Of a DNA stretch of 64,000 nt, positions 42,361-54,229 are shown in pieces. Numbering within the stretch: the stretch's first letter is position 1; each line of letters begins with the position of its first letter. The stretch is taken from assembly GCA_043228905.1 (NCBI GenBank), contig JBHGNT010000016.1, forward strand, positions 5,208,001 through 5,272,000, read 5' to 3'. The position numbers and the translations under genes are program-made. Under the pieces are notes generated by a model. That model was not told the DNA's origin. It ran no database searches and saw only the letters and a program-made list of their open reading frames with translations. The stretch comes from Azolla caroliniana (Eukaryota; Plantae; Polypodiophyta).

Positions 42361-43060
42361 ATTGTTGCATGGATCTTTGCGTATGAAAACGAATGTTGTA
42401 CCTTGGGTGGATTGGCGGTTATGGGATAGTAAACACTTGTTACAATTCACGACAAATATTTGGATAATCATACAATGACATCATTAGTTTGGTTATCACC
42501 TAAAGTATAAAAGGTAGTGGCAAATATTGCAACATGGTTGGAACTTGGCATTCCTATTTGCCATTTCATGTATAGAAGTATTCATATGGAGAGTCATGAT
42601 TGGTGGGCTCCCATTACGTTCACCCTTTAAGAGACGAGGACTAGGGTCAAGTATGTGCTTTTTTTGCACCATTCTGTTGCAGGACAATACACATTGGTTC
42701 ATTAAATGCTTATAACATGTATCATTTCGAAATACTTATCAAACATTTGACAAATTTTAAGCTGTTGTTATTTGAGGCCTCAACAATAGGTTTTTTCTCT
42801 GTATGTTCAAAATGGTCCAAATGATGAGTTAGAGATATTGTTCCAAAATTTATGATATTGGGGACTCCAACACAATTGGAATATGGGTAATACTTTTATG
42901 TTTGATAGTAGACATGGGGTGAAAGTTTATATGAAGAAGTTGAATGACATTCTTATGTGGAAGTTTTAGATGTTAGAGTAATGGGGATCATTTCCTCAAG
43001 TGCATATTCATGTTTTATATTAGCTTTATAGCATGTCCCTTTCCCTACATAGGATAGGTA
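42360..43060 (+). mobile_element. L1-clade LINE 3' remnant (zf-RVT region)
   Basis: VFIWRVMIGGLPLRSPFKRRGLGSSMCFFC...HWFIKC; flanking frames are broken. Confidence 0.7.
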
Positions 43061-43292
43061 GGCAATGCAGGCTAATGTGTAACGAGTATAATTGTGTGCC
43101 TTTACTAGAGAGAGAGAGAGAGAACCCATGACCACCTGGTCTCCATTGGGCAACCTTAACATTTGAGCTACATTCCACAGTGGCATCTAGTGAGATCAGA
43201 GATATCTATAAAGTAATTGAGAGGTGAGATAAACCCAAGATGATGTTACTAGTGTACACAACTTACCCCTAGTGTAAGCTAATTACGGTAAG

Positions 43293-43759
43293 AGATAGAT
43301 AGATAGATTATATTATCGTCTTCGGAGGTCAAATATGACCTATGAGACCAAAAATATTACATTTCACATGATACGTGTGAAAGTGAGTATTGACTCTTGA
43401 TGTTCAAGAACTTTACCAATGAATGTTGCAATCGAGAGTGCACATTGTGGTTGTGAGAGGAATTCATGCAAGGATTGGGCTCGGTCGAAGAGATGTGGAA
43501 AGCATGGTCGAATATGATCAAAGGTAGAGCATTGTATCAAAGTGTGATACTTAGACTCGCGAACTTTTTTAGGGCAAAGTGTGCATAGCCGACCACTCTC
43601 ATCACTTGTGCCCCAACGCCATGTCTCAAATCACAATGCATGTGAGCTAAGTTGCATGGAAGCAATGGTTCTAATAGTAGATAACGGTATGGGCTCTAAC
43701 ATGTATCGATGTGTACGGTTTCCCTGTTCCACAAAGAATATGGTTTTGTAGTTAGGTGC

Positions 43760-43762
<3 letters not shown>
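43293..43762 (-). mobile_element. RTEX-like LINE family B, 3' fragment with (ATCT)n tail
   Basis: The minus strand translates IASMQLSSHAL*FETWRWG...RLCTLC...ESKYHTLIQCSTFDHIR; its 3' part matches 61205-61429. Confidence 0.8.
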
Positions 43763-43803
<41 letters not shown>

Positions 43804-43809
<6 letters not shown>

Positions 43810-44063
43810 AGAATTAGAATTTTTATCCTCCATAAAGAGGTCAATTTTGACCTATGGGAACAAAGTTGTTCTTGATATAAGTCTCCTTCCTAAGAAGGGG
43901 TATTCATACATTGAAGCACAAAGTCTTTATGTGTTAGTAAAGCATACACATATGAGCTCAACCTGCTAGGTGGTGTCTTAAGTATGGCACTTAAGTTATC
44001 ACTCCCTCTTAGTATGTCAGCATATCTTGAACGAATTGCACTATATGTCGAGCATGTGAAGAG
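43804..44063 (-). mobile_element. RTEX-like LINE family A, 3' fragment of 260 bp
   Basis: The reverse complement aligns to 45848-46103; (AATTCT)3 tail; (GA)n on both sides. Confidence 0.88.
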
Positions 44064-44605
44064 AGAGAGAGAGAGAGAGAGTGTGTGTGTGTGTGTGTGT
44101 GATAAATTGGTAAAGGTTGTTTTGTGAAGACAAGGTTGGGCATTGAGCTAAGGACTATATTCGTGTAGCAAAAGACATGGGATTTGAGCCAAGGCATGTG
44201 AGTCAATAACAATATAGCCTACAACTAGGAAAAGCCTTGGAACACAAATGACGCGACGAGTGAGTTATTACTAACCTAGTATATTTATATTGGTTTCTCC
44301 AACTCATTAATCATTTCACAATCAACTATTATCATGATAGTTACATAAGTATGAGCAGGTTGTATGCACACATGCACTTAGGTGAGGGGGTGTCCACAGA
44401 CTTGATAGGGTAGGACAAGACAAGACAAGACAAGACAAGGGTAAGAAGGGAAACACTATGGGTGTCCAAGAGATGGGCAATCTATGAGAGCTAGGGGGGG
44501 GGATTAAATGGTCGGGACTCGAGCCTAGAGAGTCTATGAGTAAAATTCCTCCATTAGTGTTTGCACACACACACGCACACACACATTCTCTCTCTCTCTC
44601 TCTCT

Positions 44606-46097
44606 AAGTGGATTCTCAAAGCACTTTTTAAGTAACATGGGGGTCAAGCAAGGATGTCCACCCACACTTTTTGGCTTATGTATTGATAAATTAGAAGAAG
44701 TGGTAAATAAGGTTGCAAGAAAAGAAGGATTGAATGCTCCCAAATTGATGCAATGTGTTATCTTATTGCTTCTATATGATGATGATGTGGTACTCTTCTC
44801 ATATGATGTTGATTGTATGCAAAATTTACTCGGGGTATTAGAAGAATTTTGCCATAGTAGTGGACTAGCAGTGAATGTGGAGAAAACAAAAATGATGGTA
44901 CTGCAAACCATCCAACCTCATCATTACCCTATCCTAACATATAGAGGTGAACATATACAATTTGTTTAAAGCTTTAAATATCTTGGTATTGATGTACCTG
45001 CCACAAATAAATGGAGTGCATGCTTTGAATCAAGGCTCCAAGTCGGTTGGAAATCGTATTACCTTTTGGAGAACCAATGCAACCAAAGTGATACGTGTGG
45101 ATGAGAAGTAAAACTAATGTTGTTCAATGCATGGTAACTCAAGCATTGCTTAATGGAGTAGAAGAATGGGGTGGCACCATCTCTCTTAATGCATGGAATG
45201 AGATTGAGAAAATTCAAAAGATGTTTTTAAGTAGGCAATTAGGAGTTAAATGCACTACCTCTTACTAGGTTATGTTCTTGGAAACAGGTGTTCGACCCAT
45301 AGAACTATTGGCACTCCAAAAACTTAAAAGTATATAAATACATTACAAAAGTTAAGAATATGTTGAATCATCGATTATCACATCTTGCTTGGAATGTTGG
45401 ATGTAAGCTACAAAAGAATCATAAAAGTAAGATTCTCTCATCCGGTTGGGTTGTTGACATAAGGAGATGGTTTAGAAGATGGAGTTTGGATGATCTTTTA
45501 GAGCTTTCACGCAAGGCAATGCTATGCATTATGTAATGATTGAGAAAAGGTTGGTGGAATCATTAAGGATGAAGTGGGAAGATGCTAAGAGGACAAAGCT
45601 AGAATACTACGTTGCAAATGTCAACCCTCAATGTTGGTCTCAATATAAAGCAAGAATGCCTACTGATCGTATTCAACCTTATCTCATTACCAATACGAGT
45701 AGTAATGCTCGTAGAGCCCTTACACTACTTCGCACTCAGATCTCACAAGTTAGGTATTGAAGTTGCATCATGGTATCCGAAATGTAACTAATGTGAAGAC
45801 ATGCAAAGTATGCAATGACGGCATGGCAGAGGATGAATGACACTTTGCTCTTCACATGCTCGACATATAGTGCAATTCGTTCAAGATATGCTGACATACT
45901 AAGTAAGAGGGAGTGATAACGTAAGTGCCATACTGAAGACACGACCGAGAAGGTTGAGCTCACGTGTGTGCGCTTTTATTCACACATACAGACATTGTGC
46001 TTCAATGTATGAATGAATACCCCACACATATCGAGAACACATGTATGCTCTGGTCCCATAGGTCAAAATTGGCCTCTTTATGGACGATACAAATTCT

Positions 46098-46103
<6 letters not shown>
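44606..46103 (+). mobile_element. 5'-truncated RTEX-like non-LTR retrotransposon, family A, with RT pseudogene
   Basis: GVKQGCP, LLLYDDDVVLFS, LAVNVEKTKMM, FKYLG and a C-terminal LLRT.SHKLGIE...DE..LLFTCSTYSAIR motif, with stops and frameshifts; (AATTCT)2 tail; embedded in (CT)n. Confidence 0.88.
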
Positions 46104-46153
<50 letters not shown>

Positions 46154-46163
46154 TAGGTATAAA

Positions 46164-46228
<65 letters not shown>

Positions 46229-46330
46229 ATAAAACCTAACACTCAATAATAATATGTAGTGTGTGTGTTAAGAAAACGAGATTTTTGTTTTGTTGTTTCA
46301 AATCCCGACCTAGCGAGGCTTCCTGGCCAC

Positions 46331-46360
46331 GGGTTAGGGTTAGGGTTAGGGTTAGGGTTT
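46331..46360 (+). promoter_or_regulatory. GGG(TTAGGG)4TTT telomere-like tract ending in a telo-box, ~105 bp upstream of the UBA2 ATG
   Basis: Sequence gggttagggttagggttagggttagggttt; a second TTAGGGTTT at ~46420. Function is inferred from known telo-boxes. Confidence 0.6.
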
Positions 46361-46464
46361 CTCTTTCTCCGCTCGCACAGCGCGAGAGAAAAACAAAAGG
46401 CTGCGCTGCCTGCCCTGTCTTAGGGTTTGGAGCTTCCCCGAATTCTCCCCCCTAACTGCCCGCC

Positions 46465-47967
46465 ATGGATATGACGAACACAGAATTGAAGAAACGGAAG
46501 CTTGAAGAGAATGGCGGAGCCTCTGTTACGACCATGACTGTGACCACTAATTCGACTGCTAATTCTACTCCAGCCATCGCGATCGGGCCTTCAGAGGTCC
46601 CTCTTACTCTCCCTCTTTCCACAGAGAGCAACATTGGCATACCTTCTTACCTTACTCGAGACACAGCTCGCCCTATGCTCGACCTCCTCTCCAAGGAGGA
46701 CCTCGCAAACATAGTTCTGGACGCTGTTCTCCGCCATCCCGACGTGCTTGACGAGGTTCGACGGATAGCCGACCGGGACCCTTCTCACCGCAAGATCTTT
46801 GTACGCGGACTCGGGTGGGAAACCAATAGCCTCAGCCTCAAAAGTACGTTCTCAGAATTTGGGGACCTCGAAGAAGCCATTGCGATCATTGACAAAAACA
46901 CAGGTAAGTCTCGTGGATATGGCTTTGTCACGTTCAAACACATGGATGGTGCAATTAATGCTCTTAGAGAGCCTAGTAAGAGAATTGATGGTCGAATCAG
47001 TGTCTGCCAGCTGGCCTCTACGGGTTCTGCCTCGGCTCAACCTCCACAAGACCTCGCCGCAAGGAAAATCTATGTGGGTAATGTCCCTTTGGCTTGGCCA
47101 GTTGACCATTTGCTTAGCATCTTTTCTGAATATGGCGAGATCGAAGAAGGGCCTCTCGGTCTAGATAAACAAGCAGGCAAAGAGAGGGGTTTTGCTCTTT
47201 TTATATATAAAACTGCTGAGGCAACCAAAAGGGCACTTGAGGAACCGGTGAAGAACATAGGTGGGCATCAACTCTTCTGTAAGCTCGCTGTAGAGGGTGC
47301 AAAACAAAGGTTAAACCCCATGCATGGTCAACCGGATTTGTCAATGCCTGGTTTGGGTATGACCCAACCGGGTGGATCTGGTCCAGTTCCTTCCAATATG
47401 CCCCCATATGGTAGTGGAGGGGGTAGTAGTCAATATGGTGGACCAACGCCACCACAAGGGATGATGACACCTGGTGGAGTTTCATATGGTCAAAACATGA
47501 GCAATTCTATGAATCCAGGTCTTAACCAGGGTATGCACCCAAACTTGCCCATTGCGAACCAACCTGGTGTCAGTAATCCAATGGCAGGTTCATCAATGAA
47601 TCCTGGTCTTCATGGTGGACAACCCATAACCACAGGTGTTGGCCAACTGGGTTCTGCAATCAACACCATTCCACCATCGTATGCATCAGTTGATCCCTAT
47701 GCTCCCTCACATGCAGGATCATATGGAGGAGGTTATTCAGGTGGTGGAACAAACCCTTCATCATACAACAGTCCTCTTCCCATTGCTTCTCAAGGTTTGT
47801 CATCTCTTCAAGGACAATATGGAATGCCAGCTTATCAAGTTCAACAACCTCTGCCATCATATCCATCACAGCAACAGATGGCCTTGCCATACCAGAGTCA
47901 ACAACAATTGGCTGCACCTCGCATGCAACCGACTGGAGCTCCTTCAAATCCTTACTATACCATGTAG
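46465..47967 (+). CDS. UBA2: UBP1-associated protein 2 (two RRMs plus a G/P/Q/M-rich low-complexity tail), 500 aa, intronless CDS
   Basis: IADRDPSHRKIFVRGLGWET, DKNTGKSRGYGFVTF, RKIYVGNVP and YGEIEEGPLGLDK are UBA2 signatures. Probable 3'UTR intron at 47978-48433. Confidence 0.93.
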   Translation: MDMTNTELKKRKLEENGGASVTTMTVTTNSTANSTPAIAIGPSEVPLTLPLSTESNIGIPSYLTRDTARPMLDLLSKEDLANIVLDAVLRHPDVLDEVRRIADRDPSHRKIFVRGLGWETNSLSLKSTFSEFGDLEEAIAIIDKNTGKSRGYGFVTFKHMDGAINALREPSKRIDGRISVCQLASTGSASAQPPQDLAARKIYVGNVPLAWPVDHLLSIFSEYGEIEEGPLGLDKQAGKERGFALFIYKTAEATKRALEEPVKNIGGHQLFCKLAVEGAKQRLNPMHGQPDLSMPGLGMTQPGGSGPVPSNMPPYGSGGGSSQYGGPTPPQGMMTPGGVSYGQNMSNSMNPGLNQGMHPNLPIANQPGVSNPMAGSSMNPGLHGGQPITTGVGQLGSAINTIPPSYASVDPYAPSHAGSYGGGYSGGGTNPSSYNSPLPIASQGLSSLQGQYGMPAYQVQQPLPSYPSQQQMALPYQSQQQLAAPRMQPTGAPSNPYYTM

Positions 47968-50900
47968 CTGCAGCATGGTAAGTGCCCTTTCCTAGCCCAG
48001 AAAGTTTGGGTAACTTGTGGCGATGTGTTCTTTTCTAGCCTTCAGAAAATAAGTAATTTACAGTGATTGATTCTCTTTGCTAGCCTAGAAAATGGAGTAA
48101 TTTGTGATGACATCCTCTTTTTCTAGACAAGAAAATCTAATGATGTATGTTGAGTGTTATTGTATTGGCTAGAAAATTGAATAAGGTATGGTGACTTATC
48201 TTTTCTTGGCTAGTTGTGTTATACGAAACTGTGTGGATTATATAGATGACGCAGCAGTACTTTTTTTGCTTCTGAATATGCATATATACACATTTTTCAC
48301 TAAGTTTTCAGGGCATTGTTTTTACTCAGGAGTTGTTAATATTCATTGCATCAATCACACTTTCATCAAGTTTCAGAGCATTTTCCTTTGATCTTAACCT
48401 TTATTCCTGATGTTTTTTCTGTTTTCTCCCTAGGAAAAAAATGTGTCATCATTCGGACTTGATTTGGTTTCAAGCTTTTACTGTTTTCTAGAACCTTTTA
48501 CAAGGTTCTTAATGAAGTGTCCTGCTCTGCATTCCTCTCAGTGCTATCTGGTTTTATCATCTATTTCCAGGCTTTGTTTGATCCGTGTTGAAGCTATATT
48601 GTATTGAGAATAATATGGACCATCTATCTGGCAGCAGCATGGAGATATTTTATGTCATTTACAAGGACTGAATTGATGTGGGATATAGGAGTCCATTTAC
48701 AGTTGCATTGAGTGTATCACAAGAGTTTTACAACTTTTAGGTGCTTGTATTTTGAATGCAATAGTTTACTTCACTGATGTTATTCCGGTCTAATATAGAT
48801 ATTTGACTGAAAATCATTGTTTTTTAAAGGTGGATGTGCATATTTGATGGTATTATTGATTAACAATTTCTTAGCTTAACATAAAGTATGGAGATTTTGG
48901 ATCCACAAACTTTCTAAGATACTGGTGTTTGTGTTTTCTTATATAATATCTTTGTATATAAAATTTGTAGGCTGTTTTTGTTGGAGCTTTATTCAATCTT
49001 AAAGGTGCTGATGAAAGCAACACATAATAGATTGACAACTTAGTACTTGCGTTTTTCTTTACAACCGTCTTTTACATTCTTTCCATACTGTTTTATTGGT
49101 GCTTATTTTATGCTTGATTGAAAAGTTTTTCTTGATTGCTCATTTTGCTTTTTATAGAATGTCTTTGGATATAACGTCTAGGCTGTTTCATTTTAGCATT
49201 ATTCAATATTAATGGATGTATATATGTGATGCTTACTTAACAAAATCTGACTTTTTTGTGTTTGTATGCATGTTTCTCTTTGTTCATTTGATGTACTGTA
49301 TTTATGATTTAAGTTTTACAATAACTGTCTTAAATGACGTCCAAATGTGTTAATTCTCATTTGTTTGACATCATTTCTAGACCTAAGTTTTGTATTGGAA
49401 ATCAATATAACATTGTTGTGATATCTGTGGATTCAAGTGTACAGTGAACTGTTTTCTAGAATTGCATTCAAATTGCAGCTTTTGCTAGCATTGATGCAGA
49501 TTAATTTATATATTAAATTGGAAACAAAAACTTTCTTGTGTCTCAAATGTTTCCATGCATTTCAAATTTTATCATTAGACAACCTTGCAACTAATCCATG
49601 ATGTGCAACTTTCATCTGAACATTCTTCACAGCATTTTATTAAGCTAATTTTTTGCTGGTGACATTACACTTGATGTTGCTAATTTTCATGTTAATTGTT
49701 ATGCAATATTACACTTAATGTAATTATTTTTGACACATTATACTGTTGATTTAATCTTTCACAAAATAAAAATAAAGATTACAGTTCACTGTACACTTGA
49801 AATTGCTGATTTAACATCTTTTGTCTAGTTGTGTAATTGATTTGGAATTATGCCTAGTTATGAAATTATTACTCTGATGGATTTTGATTGTCAAACTTTT
49901 GTGTTAATTTGTACTGGATTTGATGCATTTTGCCAATCTTATCAACATGTGTAACATCTTTATTTCATAAGAGATGGAATGACCATTTGGTTGTACGTTG
50001 TAAATATAGCTTAATAATGTTGAAAGAGGGCATGTTGCATTTATATTCACATGTGCATTTGCCTTAGGATGAGGGTTTTTATGACACCGAAAATGATGCG
50101 GAGAACATGGGGTTAAAAGAGGGGATGGTCCAAAAGTCAGGAAACTTTCGTTAGCATTTACTCACTCAAAAGTGGAATTGGATGGTCTTCCTCGACTAAA
50201 GTCCTTTTGCAAGTATTGACAAATCAGAGCTCAAAGATTTGGGAGTGAGCTTAACTTGAGTAGAAGTGTATATAATCATAATTCCACATTGGTTGTCGAA
50301 TTGAACATAAAAACACATTTTGGAGTGTGGTTTTATGATTTAGTGGAGCAATCAAAAAGATGAGTTGGTGTGAGCACCATCACTGTAAATTTGCATGCAC
50401 AGAAATTTTGAAATTTGTGTACTCTTCCTGGAAATGCTACTGTTTGTACAATTATTTGCAAAGGCATCGCTATAAATAAGTATCAAGGGAGGAAGTCAAA
50501 TACACAACACGATGCTTTGTAATATTTTAGTTCACAATAGAAAGCTTGTGTAAAAGTATGTGACGGAAGTGTATTTGTTTATTTAGCCATATGGCAATGT
50601 CAACTTTGTGCTCACTGATGTACTCCATGTCGTATGATAATGTATGCCAAAATCACCCAAGAATCCTACTGTTTAAAGTCTATGACTGATTCTCGGGCAC
50701 ATGCCATTGGAAAATGAAAAGATGTATGTTGTGTTCAGCGGTGAAGTGCTAATTTAATGTATCACTTGAAACTTAAAGTCAAGAACAGGTCTTTGCACCC
50801 ATCATATCAAGTTCCTCTTAGCTCTTATACAGCAGTGATGCCCTTGTCTAATGGTAAGGTCTAGAGAGCTCTACTACACAACCATGTTAAATTGGAGAGA

Positions 50901-51639
50901 GAGGGAGCATATCACTTTAGAGCGTCAAAGTACAGGGATTGAGATAATATTGACATAGACTAAGTCTGCTCATACATATTTGTCGATTTGTTTGATTTGT
51001 TACAATTTCATTGTTTAGCATGGAAATGAAACAGCTCAATCTTATTGTGCAAATCAATGAAGTTTAAGCAAATGCTTAAGCAACATCTATCCAGGAGAAA
51101 TATGTGTAAGATGTTGCTGGAAATGCTTTAGCAAACCTCTATCTAGGAGAAAGATTTGTAAGAAAAAGATACATAAAAAAAGCAACTTTATTTTTCACAA
51201 AGATAGTCTTTTTGGACTATTTCTCATACATAGTAGCACGTCTTGACTCACATCTTACTAAATTCAGCTCTTCAAATATTTTTTCAAAACGATATAAAAA
51301 TAAGAATTAGTTGGAAGGCAAATCGAGCTAGCCCTAGAACACAATTGAAGTGTGTGAATGGAAATTGTTGTTCAATTCATGTATGTCATAGTTCCTTGCT
51401 CAAGCAGGTGTGAAAGCAACAATTTTGACTCTTGAATAATACAAGCTTAATTCAATGCATGGATCGTTAGGTTTTGCACATGGGCTTGATACACTTCTCA
51501 GACATTGCTTTTCACCACATCTTGACCAAGGTTCATCCATGGAAATGCTTGACACAGGTAAAATAAGATCCAACTGCTAGGAGTTGGCAACGGTTCAGCT
51601 TAAGCATGAACCCGCCCTTTTAATCGTCGTTAAATGGTT

Positions 51640-51835
51640 TGGCGGTTTGCTCAAGCTGGAGGTTTGTTAACCGTTTTGAGCTTGGGCTCTTGCGGTTTGG
51701 TCAGGCTTGAGGTTTGTTAACCGGTTTGAGCTTGAGTTCTGTGCGGTTTGGTCAGGCTGGAGGTTTGTTAACCGGTTTGAGCTTGGGCTCTGTTCGGCTG
51801 GAGCCCTGGTAACCGACTCAAACCGGTTAAACCAT
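51640..51835. repeat. ~51-bp subterminal tandem repeats of the hAT element
   Basis: aggtttgttaaccg.tttgagcttg.g.tct occurs three times. Confidence 0.88.
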
Positions 51836-52277
51836 TTAGGTCATCTAACAATAATTTTAACAGTATCTTGAGCTGCAACTCGGAGCACGCCTTCTTCTGT
51901 CGACTCCTCAGCAGCAGCAGCCTACGACCTGCACGGCTTCTGTCGACTCCTCGGCAGCAGCCTACGAGCAGCACGGCTTCTATTGATTTTCTGAACTGCG
52001 AGGCTCGACCACACCTTCTGCGGACTCCTACACAGTATGTTTCACCTCCTTCTTTTGAATCATTAGTTGTGGCTGGATCATAGAATTTAAAATCCGTTTT
52101 CTCCAATTGCTTTGCATCCCCCTGTGTCTTCATTCAAGGCGCCTTGTGACCACACACGTGATGATCCTGTATGATTTCTTCATGCTGTCCCTAAATTGAA
52201 GTCATTAAGTGTGGGTTAAGTTATGTTTTAAGTTAATCTCTTTTTTTATCTCCTTTAGTTAAGAGATGAAGGACGCG

Positions 52278-52535
52278 ATTAGGGTGTTTTCTTAGGGAGC
52301 TTAGGATCTTATGTTTGCTAAGTTCAAGAGTGGTTGATACCCATTGCTGACCGCATCACCAGCAAAATGGTGCATGTTCGCCTGATCCCATGCAATGATC
52401 TCCTTTAGGGTGTGTTTTTTAGGTAGCCTAGGATCTCATGCTTGTTAAGTTCAAGAGTGGTTGATATCCATTGCCGGCTGCATCACCAGCAAAATGGTGC
52501 ATGTTCACCTTATCCCATGTTTGTTAAGTTCTTCA
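52278..52535. repeat. ~127-bp tandem duplication in the transposase 5' intron region
   Basis: aagttcaagagtggttgata.ccattgc...catcaccagcaaaatggtgcatgttc occurs twice. Confidence 0.85.
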
Positions 52536-54229
52536 TATCTTCTAACAAACATGGGGTCAAGAAGTACTAGTGAGTGGCCTTGGGAGGTTGGGCCAATAAT
52601 AATTTGAAAAGTAATCAGCAGACAAATTGTCAGTCAAGAAGCTAAAATTTCCAAATTTAGGGTAACGTAAAAAAATGCAGGGCATCGGTAGATTTTGTTT
52701 TACGAAAATGCGAAGGAAAGCTTCTCTAATTTGTTTTTGTCTACCACCTAGGCCTGCCCAGCTGGGTTTCTTTCACATGAATCATAGATGTTTGAATGTT
52801 TAAGTAAAGTTATCGTTTGTGTATTTTCATGTCCAAACTAGAAATTTCCTTTTTTTAAGGTCATGTTTCCTGCATTGTTTCATAACTGATATTGCTTGTA
52901 TTATGACATAATGTGATAATGCCAAAAATTATAAGAGTGATACCTTGAGCATGATTTAAAATGTGTATTTTGATTGATATGTTAATGGTTGCGATATTAT
53001 TGTTATGATATTTTCACGATGATTGTTTCACGTACAAGAATTATCACGTGTCATTTTAATATACATGGAAGATGGTTTTATTTTAAGAAAGAATGGATGG
53101 GTTTTCAGGTTAGATTTAAAATCAGATTTATTGAACCATGCCAAAGAAGGTTCAACATGATTCTATTAAATACTATATGATATAATGAAGGGACAAGGTG
53201 GCATTTATTGAGCCAATAACATGATTCTATACAATGTTACACATTTGTGTTACCCTATTTGCATAGTTCCATTAGACATATTGAGTTACTTCAAATTATG
53301 GTTGTAGATTTTGATGAAATTTATGATGATACATAGTTAAATGCATGAAAGAGAATTGTGTACATAAAAGAATGCATCGACTTGTGTGCATTATGCATCT
53401 CAATGGTTATGATACGATTAGCCTTTGATATTTACACCAATAAGCTTTTATATTTTCTTGAAGAGAGTGTGAGATGGTCATGCAATCCAAACTAAAGAAA
53501 CACTTCTATCTTTCTAGAGGACACAAGCTCCATACTTGGTCCTGACCTTTACATTTTTCCTTCTTGTATATGATTAACACAAAAATAAGAATCACCAAAC
53601 ATTTTTCCTTCTTGTATATTTTTCCATATTTCTACTTCAAAAAGTAGGAATCACAAGCCAAACTTTTAGTTGCTTCTTGAAAAATAAATCATGAGTTTTT
53701 TAACAAATCATAGACATTATCCTTGAAAAGTTAAATGCTACGGACGGAGAAATCCATAGTTTTTAACTAAATTCCTCAGGACAGCACAAAGGTGGTTATG
53801 CTTCATAACTCACGTAGTACCTTTGCCTGGTAGTGGAGGTGAAATGTTCATAAAATGAGTTCGTTCTTGCAAACTAGGATCATGAATGAATAAAAACACT
53901 GTACCCATGGCTGAAGCCAACTTTAAGTTTTAATTGGGACAAATGTTAACTTTAGAATCTCAATACAACAAAATTGGGAATATTGAATTTGAGACTTCAC
54001 AATTATATTGTTTTATGTATAAAGGCAATGTTTGCACATTTTGTTTTATCATGTCATAGTCTTGTTTGTAACTTTTTTTGCATGCTGTGCAAGTCGTTAT
54101 TAAATTCAAATGATAGTACTGCTGAGATGTCATCTTTCGATTTTTGTACGAAATAATTGTACATGTATTTATTTATTTGTTATCTAACACCATGATTTCT
54201 AATTTGTAATACAGATTCCAGACCTTTCT

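Noticed and set aside
46331-46360. Interstitial telomere or chromosome fusion site
   Set aside because: Only 4-5 units, one orientation, located in a promoter/5'UTR.
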